64,000 nucleotides of DNA from Longimicrobiales bacterium (GTDB lineage: Bacteria > Gemmatimonadota > Gemmatimonadetes > Longimicrobiales > Gaopeijiaceae): assembly GCA_965116905.1 (NCBI GenBank), contig OZ220732.1, positions 1,120,001 to 1,184,000 on the forward strand. The letters run 5' to 3'. The notes below the pieces were generated by a model that was not told where the DNA came from, made no database searches, and saw only the letters and a list, made by a program, of their open reading frames with translations. Every line of letters starts with the position of its first letter. Position 1 is the stretch's first letter. The position numbers and the translations under genes are program-made. Positions 56,325-64,000 of this stretch are shown here, piece by piece.

Positions 56325-57497
56325 TTAATCCCGCCGCGCTCGGCGTCCAATCAGCTCCCGAGCCTTCTCCTGCACATCCGCGATCGGGAGCACCGAAATC
56401 CGCTCGTCCAGGCTGTAGGCCTCCTTGCCCGGGTACACGATCCACAGGTGGTCCAGCCTCAGGTCACGAAGCGCCACGCGCATGGACCGGCTCGGACCGG
56501 GTGCGTCCGCGAACTTGCACTCGAAACCGTAGCGTGCGCCCCGATGAAGTACAAGGAGGTCCAGTTCCGCACCGCCGTGTGTCCCCCAGAAATAGGCGTC
56601 CTGCACGTCGAAAGCCACCAGGAGCTGCTCGATTGCGAACCCTTCGAACGATGCGCCGACCTTGGGATGGCCCGCCACCTCATCCTCGTCGTCGAGACCC
56701 AGGAGCGTGTGCAGAACGCCCGTATCGCGGATATAGGTCTTGGGCGACTTGACCTGGCGCTTCCGGATGTTCTCGAACCAGGGCGGCAACACCCGAACCA
56801 TGAACGCCCCGGCAAGGATGTCCAGGTAATTCCGGGCGGTGCCTTCGCTGGTGCCGAGCGAGCGGGCGAACTCCGCGGCGTTCCACGTCTGGCCGTGGTA
56901 GTGGGCGATCATGGTCCAGAAGCGCCGCAGCCGCTCCGCCGGGATGGTGATGCCCAGCTGCGGCAAATCGCGTTCCAGGAAGGTGCGAACGAAGTTTCTC
57001 CTCCAGATCGCCGAACCCTCGGGGCTCGTGAGGTAGGAGCGCGGGAAGCCGCCCCGCAGCCACAGCTTTCGCCACCGTGCCGGGGCTACCTCGCCGAGAT
57101 CGAACCCGCCCAGATCGACGAGTCCGACGCGGCCCGCCAGAGACTCCGACACACCCCTGACCAGTGTGGGCGACGCGCTGCCTAGCAGAAGGAAATGCGC
57201 GGCATTGTCGGGTCTGTCCACCAGGACACGCAACGTCTCGAAGAGCCCTGGAGACCGCTGTACTTCGTCGATGACCACAAGCCCCTCGAGTCGGCCTAGC
57301 GTGTGCTCCGGAGTGGACAGGCGGCGGCGGCTCGACGCCTCCTCAAGGTCGAAGTATGTGCTTTGGCCCGCGCGGGCAGAGATTTCCCGGGCCAGCGTCG
57401 TCTTGCCGCACTGGCGTGGTCCGGTCAGCGCTGCCACCGGATGCACGGAAAACGCCCGTCGGATTCGCTCGATGGGGATTGGGCGGTCGATCAGCAT
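56325..57497 (-). CDS. AAA_14 ATPase with DUF4143 and C-terminal PD-(D/E)XK-like motif
   Basis: Walker A GPRQCGKT, Walker B IDEVQ, LGS, ESLAGR, GGFP, KSPK.Y.RDTG, ELDL..FECK. Confidence 0.9.
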   Translation of the reverse strand: MLIDRPIPIERIRRAFSVHPVAALTGPRQCGKTTLAREISARAGQSTYFDLEEASSRRRLSTPEHTLGRLEGLVVIDEVQRSPGLFETLRVLVDRPDNAAHFLLLGSASPTLVRGVSESLAGRVGLVDLGGFDLGEVAPARWRKLWLRGGFPRSYLTSPEGSAIWRRNFVRTFLERDLPQLGITIPAERLRRFWTMIAHYHGQTWNAAEFARSLGTSEGTARNYLDILAGAFMVRVLPPWFENIRKRQVKSPKTYIRDTGVLHTLLGLDDEDEVAGHPKVGASFEGFAIEQLLVAFDVQDAYFWGTHGGAELDLLVLHRGARYGFECKFADAPGPSRSMRVALRDLRLDHLWIVYPGKEAYSLDERISVLPIADVQEKARELIGRRARRD

Positions 57498-57502
57498 TCA
57501 CA

Positions 57503-57544
57503 ACAATAATCCGTGAAAATCCGCAAGTCAACTGCGGTTTTTCA
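57503..57544 (-). promoter_or_regulatory. Leaderless promoter embedded in a 12-bp inverted repeat
   Basis: Minus strand TTGACT-17-TATTGT-5-ATG; arms TGAAAATCCGCA (57514-57525) and TGCGGTTTTTCA (57533-57544). Confidence 0.6.
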
Positions 57545-57565
57545 TGAAAGACTGCGTCCGCTACA

Positions 57566-59146
57566 TTACGATCCCGCGCGTTCGAACACGATGTCGGTCC
57601 CGTTCGGCTCGAAGGGGATCGCCACGGCTCCCACCACGCCGTCCGCGTTCGTCGTAAAGGTCACCAGGCCCGTCACCGGCACGATATTGGGCGGCGACGT
57701 GATCCGGAAAATGTCGTAATGGAAGTGCTCGAGGTCGAGCTGGAAATCCTCGTAGGCGATCACCAGTCCGCCGCCCTGCACCTGTATTGCAATCCCGCCG
57801 TACCCGGCGTGCTCGTAGGTGCCCGCGTAGTCGGCCAGGGCATGGCCGGGCTGCGTTCCGGCAACGCGCTTTGCCTCCTGCTCGCGTCTCGTCTTTTCGG
57901 CGCGCGCGCGCTGTTCATCGCGCAGTTCGAGGTTGCGCGCGTTCCAATCCACCGGCTCGAGCCCAAGGAGGCGGTCGTACACGTTGTAGGCGATCATGAC
58001 CGGCACCGGGTTCATGTCCCCGGAACGGTTGGTGAGCACCATGACGCCGATCCTCTCGCGGGGCAGCCACGACATCGACGATATGAAGCCGTCGATGCCG
58101 CCGCCGTGGGCCACCATCTTGTGGCCTCGGTAGCTGCTGACGCGCAACCCCAGACCGTAGCTGGCCTGACCCAGTTCCGTGAACTCGGACTCGCCGGGCA
58201 TGGCGAACTGCGGCTGCTGCATGCTTGCCGAGGTCTCTTCGGACAACAGACGGTGTCCGTCGAAGACGCCGCCGTCGATGTGGGCCTGAATGTAGGCGAG
58301 CATCTCGGTCACGTTCGAGTTGACGGAGCCCGCCGGCCCGACCGCGTCGATGTTGCGGAAGGGGACGCGCGTCAGCGTTCCGTCCCTCAGCAGGTAGGGA
58401 ACCGCGTAGTCGCCCGACGCCGGCGTGTCGCGCACCGAGGTGTTCGAACGCTCCATGCCCAGCGGCGCAAAGATCCGCTGCTCGATCAGGTCGTCCCAGC
58501 CTTCGCCCGTGATCTTTTCCGTGAGGTAGCCGGCCGTCATGAACATGAGATTCTGGTACTGGTACCGGCTTCGGAACGAAGCATTGGGCTCGAGGTACCG
58601 GAGCTTCGCGAAGATCTCCGCACGGCTGCCCGTCCGGCCGTACCACACGTTGTCGTGGCGCGGGAGCCCGGATTGGTGGGTGACGAGGTCCCGGGGGGTC
58701 ATTTCTGCGGTGGCGAACTCGTCGTGGAGCCGGAAGTCGGGCAGGTAGTCGCGCACGGGCCGGTCCCACTCGAGCATTTGCTGGTCCACCAGCATGCCCA
58801 TCAGCGTCACGGTGAACGACTTGCTGTTGGACCCGATGGCCATGGTTGTGTGCTCGGTGACCGGAAGCTCCGCCTCGATGTCCCGATAGCCGAATCCCCT
58901 GGCCAGGAGGACCTCGCCGTCGCGGATCACGCCCACCGCCACACCCGGGATCTGCCAATCCTCCATCACGCCCGTCACGAACGCCTCGAATCCGGCGAAG
59001 GGGGCGTCCTGGGCCTTCAGCGCGACCGGCGCACAGGCCGTGGCCAGCGCATAGGCCGCGGCCGGCACCGCCAACAGCATCGCTACATGCCGGAACCAGC
59101 CTCCGCGCCGATGGATTCTCAGCTTGCTGTGGCCGGACATGCACAC
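57566..59146 (-). CDS. Beta-lactamase-related serine hydrolase with C-terminal DUF3471-like domain
   Basis: SNSK, HQSG, YQN, HGG, YAGTYEHAGYG; signal peptide. Confidence 0.9.
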   Translation of the reverse strand: MCMSGHSKLRIHRRGGWFRHVAMLLAVPAAAYALATACAPVALKAQDAPFAGFEAFVTGVMEDWQIPGVAVGVIRDGEVLLARGFGYRDIEAELPVTEHTTMAIGSNSKSFTVTLMGMLVDQQMLEWDRPVRDYLPDFRLHDEFATAEMTPRDLVTHQSGLPRHDNVWYGRTGSRAEIFAKLRYLEPNASFRSRYQYQNLMFMTAGYLTEKITGEGWDDLIEQRIFAPLGMERSNTSVRDTPASGDYAVPYLLRDGTLTRVPFRNIDAVGPAGSVNSNVTEMLAYIQAHIDGGVFDGHRLLSEETSASMQQPQFAMPGESEFTELGQASYGLGLRVSSYRGHKMVAHGGGIDGFISSMSWLPRERIGVMVLTNRSGDMNPVPVMIAYNVYDRLLGLEPVDWNARNLELRDEQRARAEKTRREQEAKRVAGTQPGHALADYAGTYEHAGYGGIAIQVQGGGLVIAYEDFQLDLEHFHYDIFRITSPPNIVPVTGLVTFTTNADGVVGAVAIPFEPNGTDIVFERAGS

Positions 59147-59201
59147 CTCCTCGTGCGTTCGTTCGCGTACAGGTGAATCTACTGCCCGCTGCCCCTTCCC
59201 G

Positions 59202-61697
59202 TCAGCCCTCGTTGAGGATGCTCACCGGATCCACCCGGCTGGCGCGCTTTGCGGGGACGTAGGCGGCCAGGGTCGCAACTCCGGTCAGCAGCAGAACCAC
59301 ACCCACGAGGATGAGCGGATCAAACGCCTCGACGCCGTGCACAAGGTGGCGCACGATGCGCGTCAGGACGACGGCCAGGGCGATGCCGATCGCAAGACCG
59401 GCGGCGAGCAGTGTCAAGCCTGCCTTCAGCATCATGCCGACGAGCCGGTCGGGCTCGGCGCCCACCGAGATCCGAATGCTCAGTTCCCGTTTTCGAGCCG
59501 CCACGCTGAAGGACACGATGCCGTAGAGGCCGATGGCGGCCGCCAGAAGCGCGAGCGCTCCCATGAGACTCACGGTCACCGCGGTGATCCGGCCCGGAAG
59601 CAGCCTGAACGCGAGGTGCTGTTCCATCGTCCTGGCGTTGATCGTGATGACGCCGGGATCCAGATCGGTTGCCAGTTCGAGCATGGCGGGAAGCACGGTC
59701 GCGGGATCGACCGCCGTACGCGCGACCACGCGGCCATGGGGATTGGGCATCTGGCTCACAGCCCCGTACACGAGCGGGCGGAGTTCCTCGCCCAGGCTGC
59801 GCACCTTCGTATCCCCGACGACGCCGACGACACGGACTTCGGTTCCGTCCCGGGTCGTGAACGTGCCTCCCACGGCGCTCCGTCCCGGCCAGTAGGTTGC
59901 GGCCATGGCTTCGCTGACGATCGCGACCGGCGCGGACGCCATGCCGTCGCGGTCGTCGAACAGCCGCCCGGCGACGACGGGAATGCCCACCGCATCGAAG
60001 TAGTCGCCGCCCACGCCGACCCAGTCGACCTCGTGGCCGGTTCGTCCCGGTGGCGGCTCGATTCCCGGCACGGTGAGCGTCAGGGTCGAGGTTGCGGTCC
60101 CGTCGAGGGGGACAATGGTGATGAAGCCCGCCGAAACGACTTCCGGCAGCGCGGCTACGCGTGCCAGGTACGCGTCATGGAATTCACGGCGTTCGTCGGG
60201 CGAGCGGGTGCGCCCGGGTTCCAGCCAGACGATGGCCGCCGGATGCATGCCGAAGCCCGGGTCGACGCGCTCGGCCGTGGCCAGGCTGCGTGTGAAGAGC
60301 GCCGCGGCAACGAGCAGGACGACAGCACCCGCAATCTGACTGATCGCCAGCACCGCCCGCATTCTGCCGGCACGAAACGAACCGCCGGCGTTTTCGTCCT
60401 TCGGCGTACCCGATACGTCGGTTCGCGTGGACTGCAGCGCGGGGGCGACTCCAAGCACGGCCGCCGCCGCCAGGGTCAAGGCGAGTGCAAACGCCAGTAC
60501 GGTGGCGTTGAGGCGGGCGTCCACCTCGAGTGCTACGGGCAGCGGCAGATCGATGTTCAGGAGGAAGTCAATCAGAAACAGGGAAACGAACACACCGGCC
60601 GCTCCCCCGATCACCGCGAGCATCGTAGTCTCGGTCAGAAGGCTGCGGATCAGGCGGGCCCGTCCGGCTCCGAGGGCCAGGCGCACCGCGGTCTCACGCC
60701 GCCGGCGTGCCGCCCGCGCGAGGAGAAAGCCGGAGAGGTTGACGCACGCGATGAGCAGCAGCAGGACGACGACTGCCATCACCAGGACCGCGACGGGGAC
60801 CAGGACTCCATCCACAGCGGGATGGACGGGCGATGAGAGGGTCGGCGTCATCACGATTCTGCGGTCCGCGTAGCGGTCGCTGTGGGATGTGACCAGGTCT
60901 TCGGCGAATGCGCCCAGGGCGGCCTCGGCCTCGGTGCGCGTCACGCCGTCCGCCAGGCGGGCCTTGACCATGAACGACTCCTGACCGCGCCGCGCCAGGC
61001 TGCCCGGACCGTTCAGCGAGATCTGGTCGGCCATGGAAGCGAGCGCCCAGAAGTCCGGTCGCAACCCGGGAAAGACCCCCGAGAAGTCGCGGGGCGCAAC
61101 ACCAACGATCGTGTACGCGAAGCCGTTCAGCCGCACGGTGCGGCCAACCACCCCGGGGTCGGCGTCGAAGGACCGCCGCCAGTACGCGTCGTTGAGGATC
61201 AGCACGGGATCGGTTCCGGCGACCGTGCCCTCGTCGGGTCCGAAGACCCGGCCCACCTGGGCAGGCACGCCCAGCACCTGGAAGTAGGGCCCGGCCACGA
61301 GCTCGTTGAGCAACTCGTCGCGCCCGCCGGTGTGGTCGCTGAAGCTCGCGATGTTGGGCATCGCGCCGGTCATTCCGTCGAACACGGAGCGTGTGGCGGC
61401 TTCCATGTCGCGGAACGTCGGGTACGAGAAGGAGCCGAAGGCGTCCTCGGGCGCGACGAACCGGATGTACACCAGGTCCTCCGGGTCGTCGTACGGCGGC
61501 GGACGAAGCAGGAGCGCCTCGAACACCGCAAAGAACGCCGTGTTGCCGGCCACGCCAAGGGTGATCGTGACGAGCGCCACCGCGGTGAAGCCCGGGGCGC
61601 GAATCATCCGTCGCCAGCCGAGCCTGATGTCCTGAAGCAGACCGTCCAGCCAACGGCGCAACGCACGCCATCCAGTAACCCGGATACCGCCTGCCAT
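59202..61697 (-). CDS. ADOP-type duplicated MacB/FtsX ABC permease
   Basis: QDIRLG.R...PGF, LLIACVNL, RRRE.AVRLALGA, duplicated MacB_PCD/FtsX, PA.RASRVDP. Confidence 0.92.
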   Translation of the reverse strand: MAGGIRVTGWRALRRWLDGLLQDIRLGWRRMIRAPGFTAVALVTITLGVAGNTAFFAVFEALLLRPPPYDDPEDLVYIRFVAPEDAFGSFSYPTFRDMEAATRSVFDGMTGAMPNIASFSDHTGGRDELLNELVAGPYFQVLGVPAQVGRVFGPDEGTVAGTDPVLILNDAYWRRSFDADPGVVGRTVRLNGFAYTIVGVAPRDFSGVFPGLRPDFWALASMADQISLNGPGSLARRGQESFMVKARLADGVTRTEAEAALGAFAEDLVTSHSDRYADRRIVMTPTLSSPVHPAVDGVLVPVAVLVMAVVVLLLLIACVNLSGFLLARAARRRRETAVRLALGAGRARLIRSLLTETTMLAVIGGAAGVFVSLFLIDFLLNIDLPLPVALEVDARLNATVLAFALALTLAAAAVLGVAPALQSTRTDVSGTPKDENAGGSFRAGRMRAVLAISQIAGAVVLLVAAALFTRSLATAERVDPGFGMHPAAIVWLEPGRTRSPDERREFHDAYLARVAALPEVVSAGFITIVPLDGTATSTLTLTVPGIEPPPGRTGHEVDWVGVGGDYFDAVGIPVVAGRLFDDRDGMASAPVAIVSEAMAATYWPGRSAVGGTFTTRDGTEVRVVGVVGDTKVRSLGEELRPLVYGAVSQMPNPHGRVVARTAVDPATVLPAMLELATDLDPGVITINARTMEQHLAFRLLPGRITAVTVSLMGALALLAAAIGLYGIVSFSVAARKRELSIRISVGAEPDRLVGMMLKAGLTLLAAGLAIGIALAVVLTRIVRHLVHGVEAFDPLILVGVVLLLTGVATLAAYVPAKRASRVDPVSILNEG

Positions 61698-61808
61698 ATC
61701 CCCCCTCCGGTCATGCCCCTGTCGCCCTGTCGGCCCGCCCGTGTCCAAAATATCACGGGCCGGACGACCGGGTAACTCATCCGGGCGCGGGGATGTCTCC
61801 GGAGATGG

Positions 61809-63158
61809 CTATCGCGGCTCGAACTCCTCCTCGGAAAGACGGAAGGCCTCGATCAGCTCGGGGTCGGTCTCCGTCCCGAGGATCCTCCCGGCCAGATACT
61901 CACCGATCACCGGTCCGAACTTGAAGCCTTCGGCCGAACCGCCGCCGGCCAGCCAGACATTGTCGAAGTCGGGATGATGGTCGAAGAAGAAGTTGGATGT
62001 CCGCGAAATCTCGTAGTGGCACGACCGGGTCTCGCTCACCGGAGCATCGGCAAGTCCCGGGAACCGCTCGCGCACGAAAGCCAGCGGGCTCTCGTATTCC
62101 TCTTCGCGGAGCCAGCGGCGGCTGGTGTCGGGATCGTCCGGCCCCCTTCCGCCCCGGCGGACCCGGAATCCGCGGTTGTCGGGACCCAGGGCGGGCCAGC
62201 CGGTCACTCCGGGGAAGTTGTAGCTGGGCAGATTGGGGTAGCTGTAGCGGTTGTCCCCGGGAGGGGTGCGAATGTAGAGGACGTTCCCCATGGGGATGCG
62301 CAACCGGTTGCCCATGAGTTCCGGGAAAGCCTTCGGGAACCAGGGACCCAGTGCAAAGACGTATTGCCCTGCCGACACCGACTCGCCGGGTTGCAGGGTG
62401 AGCGCGTCCAGCCGGGATGCGGTGGCAGGCCCCGTGTCCGCTTTGGCGATCGTGATCGTCCCCCCAGCCTGCTCGAAGACCCTTGCCACCGATTCGATCG
62501 CGCGGCGCGCGCGGACGACCCCTGCGTCCGGCTCCCAGAGCGCCACCGTGATGTCCGTGAGGTCGATCACGGGCCAACGCCGGCCGACTTCGTCCGCGTC
62601 CAGGACCTCGTACCGGACACCGGCTTCGTCCCAGTTGTTCCTGGTGTCTTCCATGAACTCGGTCCACTCGTCCCTCATGATGAGGTCCGACGTGTTGAAG
62701 AAGACGCGGGGGAGGAGCAGTTCGCGCCCCTGTTCGTCCCACTCCGTCCACTTCTCGATTGCGCGTTTGGCCCACCGGGTCCACAGCAGGCCGTGACCCC
62801 GGTCGCCGTACCCGGTGCGCACGCCGCGCGTCTCGCCGCCCGAAGTAGCCCGCGAGTTGGCCGGCCCGTACTGATCGATGAGGGCCACGCGCGCGCCCGC
62901 CTGTTGCAGGTTCAGGGCGGTCCAGGCACCAAAGGCTCCGGCACCGACCACAGCGACATCCGGCGTCTGGCGGGTATGGATTGCTGGCGCCCGATCCCCG
63001 GCGCGCGGCGGCGGCGAGTCGCCCGCCCGCTCTTCGCCTCGAAGGGATCCGACCCCGGCCAGCAGCGCACCGGTCCCGGCGGTTGCGGCCTTCACAAAGG
63101 TCCGGCGATCCAGTCCCCCACGGCCCTCTCCACCCACGTTGTTCCCCCCTCCGCTCAT
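61809..63158 (-). CDS. Tat-exported FAD-dependent oxidoreductase (monomeric sarcosine oxidase-like)
   Basis: DRRTFVK Tat motif, VVGAGAFG, SGGETR, CHYE..NFFFDHHP, GFKFGP; start overlaps the cytochrome stop. Confidence 0.9.
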   Translation of the reverse strand: MSGGGNNVGGEGRGGLDRRTFVKAATAGTGALLAGVGSLRGEERAGDSPPPRAGDRAPAIHTRQTPDVAVVGAGAFGAWTALNLQQAGARVALIDQYGPANSRATSGGETRGVRTGYGDRGHGLLWTRWAKRAIEKWTEWDEQGRELLLPRVFFNTSDLIMRDEWTEFMEDTRNNWDEAGVRYEVLDADEVGRRWPVIDLTDITVALWEPDAGVVRARRAIESVARVFEQAGGTITIAKADTGPATASRLDALTLQPGESVSAGQYVFALGPWFPKAFPELMGNRLRIPMGNVLYIRTPPGDNRYSYPNLPSYNFPGVTGWPALGPDNRGFRVRRGGRGPDDPDTSRRWLREEEYESPLAFVRERFPGLADAPVSETRSCHYEISRTSNFFFDHHPDFDNVWLAGGGSAEGFKFGPVIGEYLAGRILGTETDPELIEAFRLSEEEFEPR

Positions 63159-63670
63159 CCCGGTCCCGTGCCCGGGGGAGCGATCCGCACCTCGCGCATC
63201 GGCGAGTCGGCGGCCAGCTCCGACGAACCGGCGTCGTGTCCGTTCATGCTGAGTATGTAGGCGACCACGTCCAGGTAGACCTGCTCCTCCAGCCCGCCCG
63301 GGTTGTCGTCGGGCATCGTCGAGCGCACGGTCCTGAAGAGCGAATACACCGTTCGCCTTCCCCAATTGGACTGGAAGGTGCGGCCGCGGAACTCGCTCGT
63401 GGTGTGGCACTCGGAGCAGACCTCATCGAACGTTGTCCCGCCGCGGTCCGCCTGGCCGCTGCTGAAGATCCCCCCCACGGGCTCCTCAGGTGCGTCCACG
63501 GGGGTGTCTTGCTGCACGGCCGGTTCGGCCGGAACAGGTGTCGCCAGAGGGTCCTCGGGAGTGGCCGATACGGCGGGTGCCTCGCCCGGGCCACCGGAAG
63601 CGCAGCCCGCGAACGAAAGCGTCAAGGCGAGACGGAGCGCGTTCGCGCCCCGGGCTTCACTGGGTGGCAT
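63155..63670 (-). CDS. Mono-heme c-type cytochrome lipoprotein
   Basis: Lipobox FAGC, CSECH, TMPDDNPG, AYIL..NG; GAGG RBS. Confidence 0.9.
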   Translation of the reverse strand: MPPSEARGANALRLALTLSFAGCASGGPGEAPAVSATPEDPLATPVPAEPAVQQDTPVDAPEEPVGGIFSSGQADRGGTTFDEVCSECHTTSEFRGRTFQSNWGRRTVYSLFRTVRSTMPDDNPGGLEEQVYLDVVAYILSMNGHDAGSSELAADSPMREVRIAPPGTGPG

Positions 63671-63753
63671 GGACCGGACCGCCTCCTCGGATGTAGTGTA
63701 TCACTCCGGTGCATCCCACACCGGACTCACTTCTGAATATAGGGAACCGAAAC

Positions 63754-64000
63754 ATGCACGGCCGAAGCCCCGGGAGGTACCGCCACCGTTTCACCGCCGT
63801 GACCGCGCTTGCGGCCACCATTCTCTTGACGACCGCGTGCAACAGTCGGGACAGCTTGCCGCTGGCCGTGGGCGACGTCAACAGCATCATCGTCACCGCT
63901 TCGCCCGAACTGTGGGCGGAGGTCGAGTCCGCGCTGCTTCCCACGCTGGAACGGCGCGTATTCACGGTGCGTGACGAGAAGACCTTCAAGGTTACCTACC
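63754..64000 (+). CDS. Lipoprotein, partial (DUF4837-like), truncated by the window end
   Basis: My translation: MHGRSPG..ILLTTAC..LAVGDVNSIIV..PELW..L..TVRDEKTF; no stop before the window end. Confidence 0.6.
   Translation, partial: MHGRSPGRYRHRFTAVTALAATILLTTACNSRDSLPLAVGDVNSIIVTASPELWAEVESALLPTLERRVFTVRDEKTFKVTY

Overview
A GC-rich, densely coding bacterial chromosome segment with about 49 genes. I could not support any rRNA, tRNA, CRISPR array or transposase. The gene content suggests Gemmatimonadota (inference): three SusC/RagA-SusD/RagB pairs, stand-alone TonB-plug proteins, an ADOP-type permease, many exported S9 peptidases and serine hydrolases, and an AAA_14-DUF4143 ATPase. It is mostly a peptide/amide/ester scavenging region, plus a cytochrome c oxidase operon (13.9-19.8 kb), a vapBC pair, a beta-keto-acid cleavage module and a DUF222-HNH gene. 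Five observations stand out. (1) An A1-type heme-copper oxidase keeps the D-channel and the His-Tyr site but has lost the Lys/Thr/Ser residues of the K-channel and gained a Glu in helix VIII. (2) The DUF222-HNH gene is bracketed by AT-rich 22-bp inverted repeats with tyrosine-recombinase/attC-like core architecture, and carries a GTTC-N7-GTTC SOS-like box and an internal 16-bp palindrome. (3) A Tat-exported alpha-hydroxy-acid oxidase carries a CxxCH motif. (4) There are three barrel-less TonB-plug proteins. (5) Two tandem RnfD/NqrB-like membrane proteins are fused to Cys-rich Sel1-like repeats. All family calls come from motif recognition by eye; no database searches were run.
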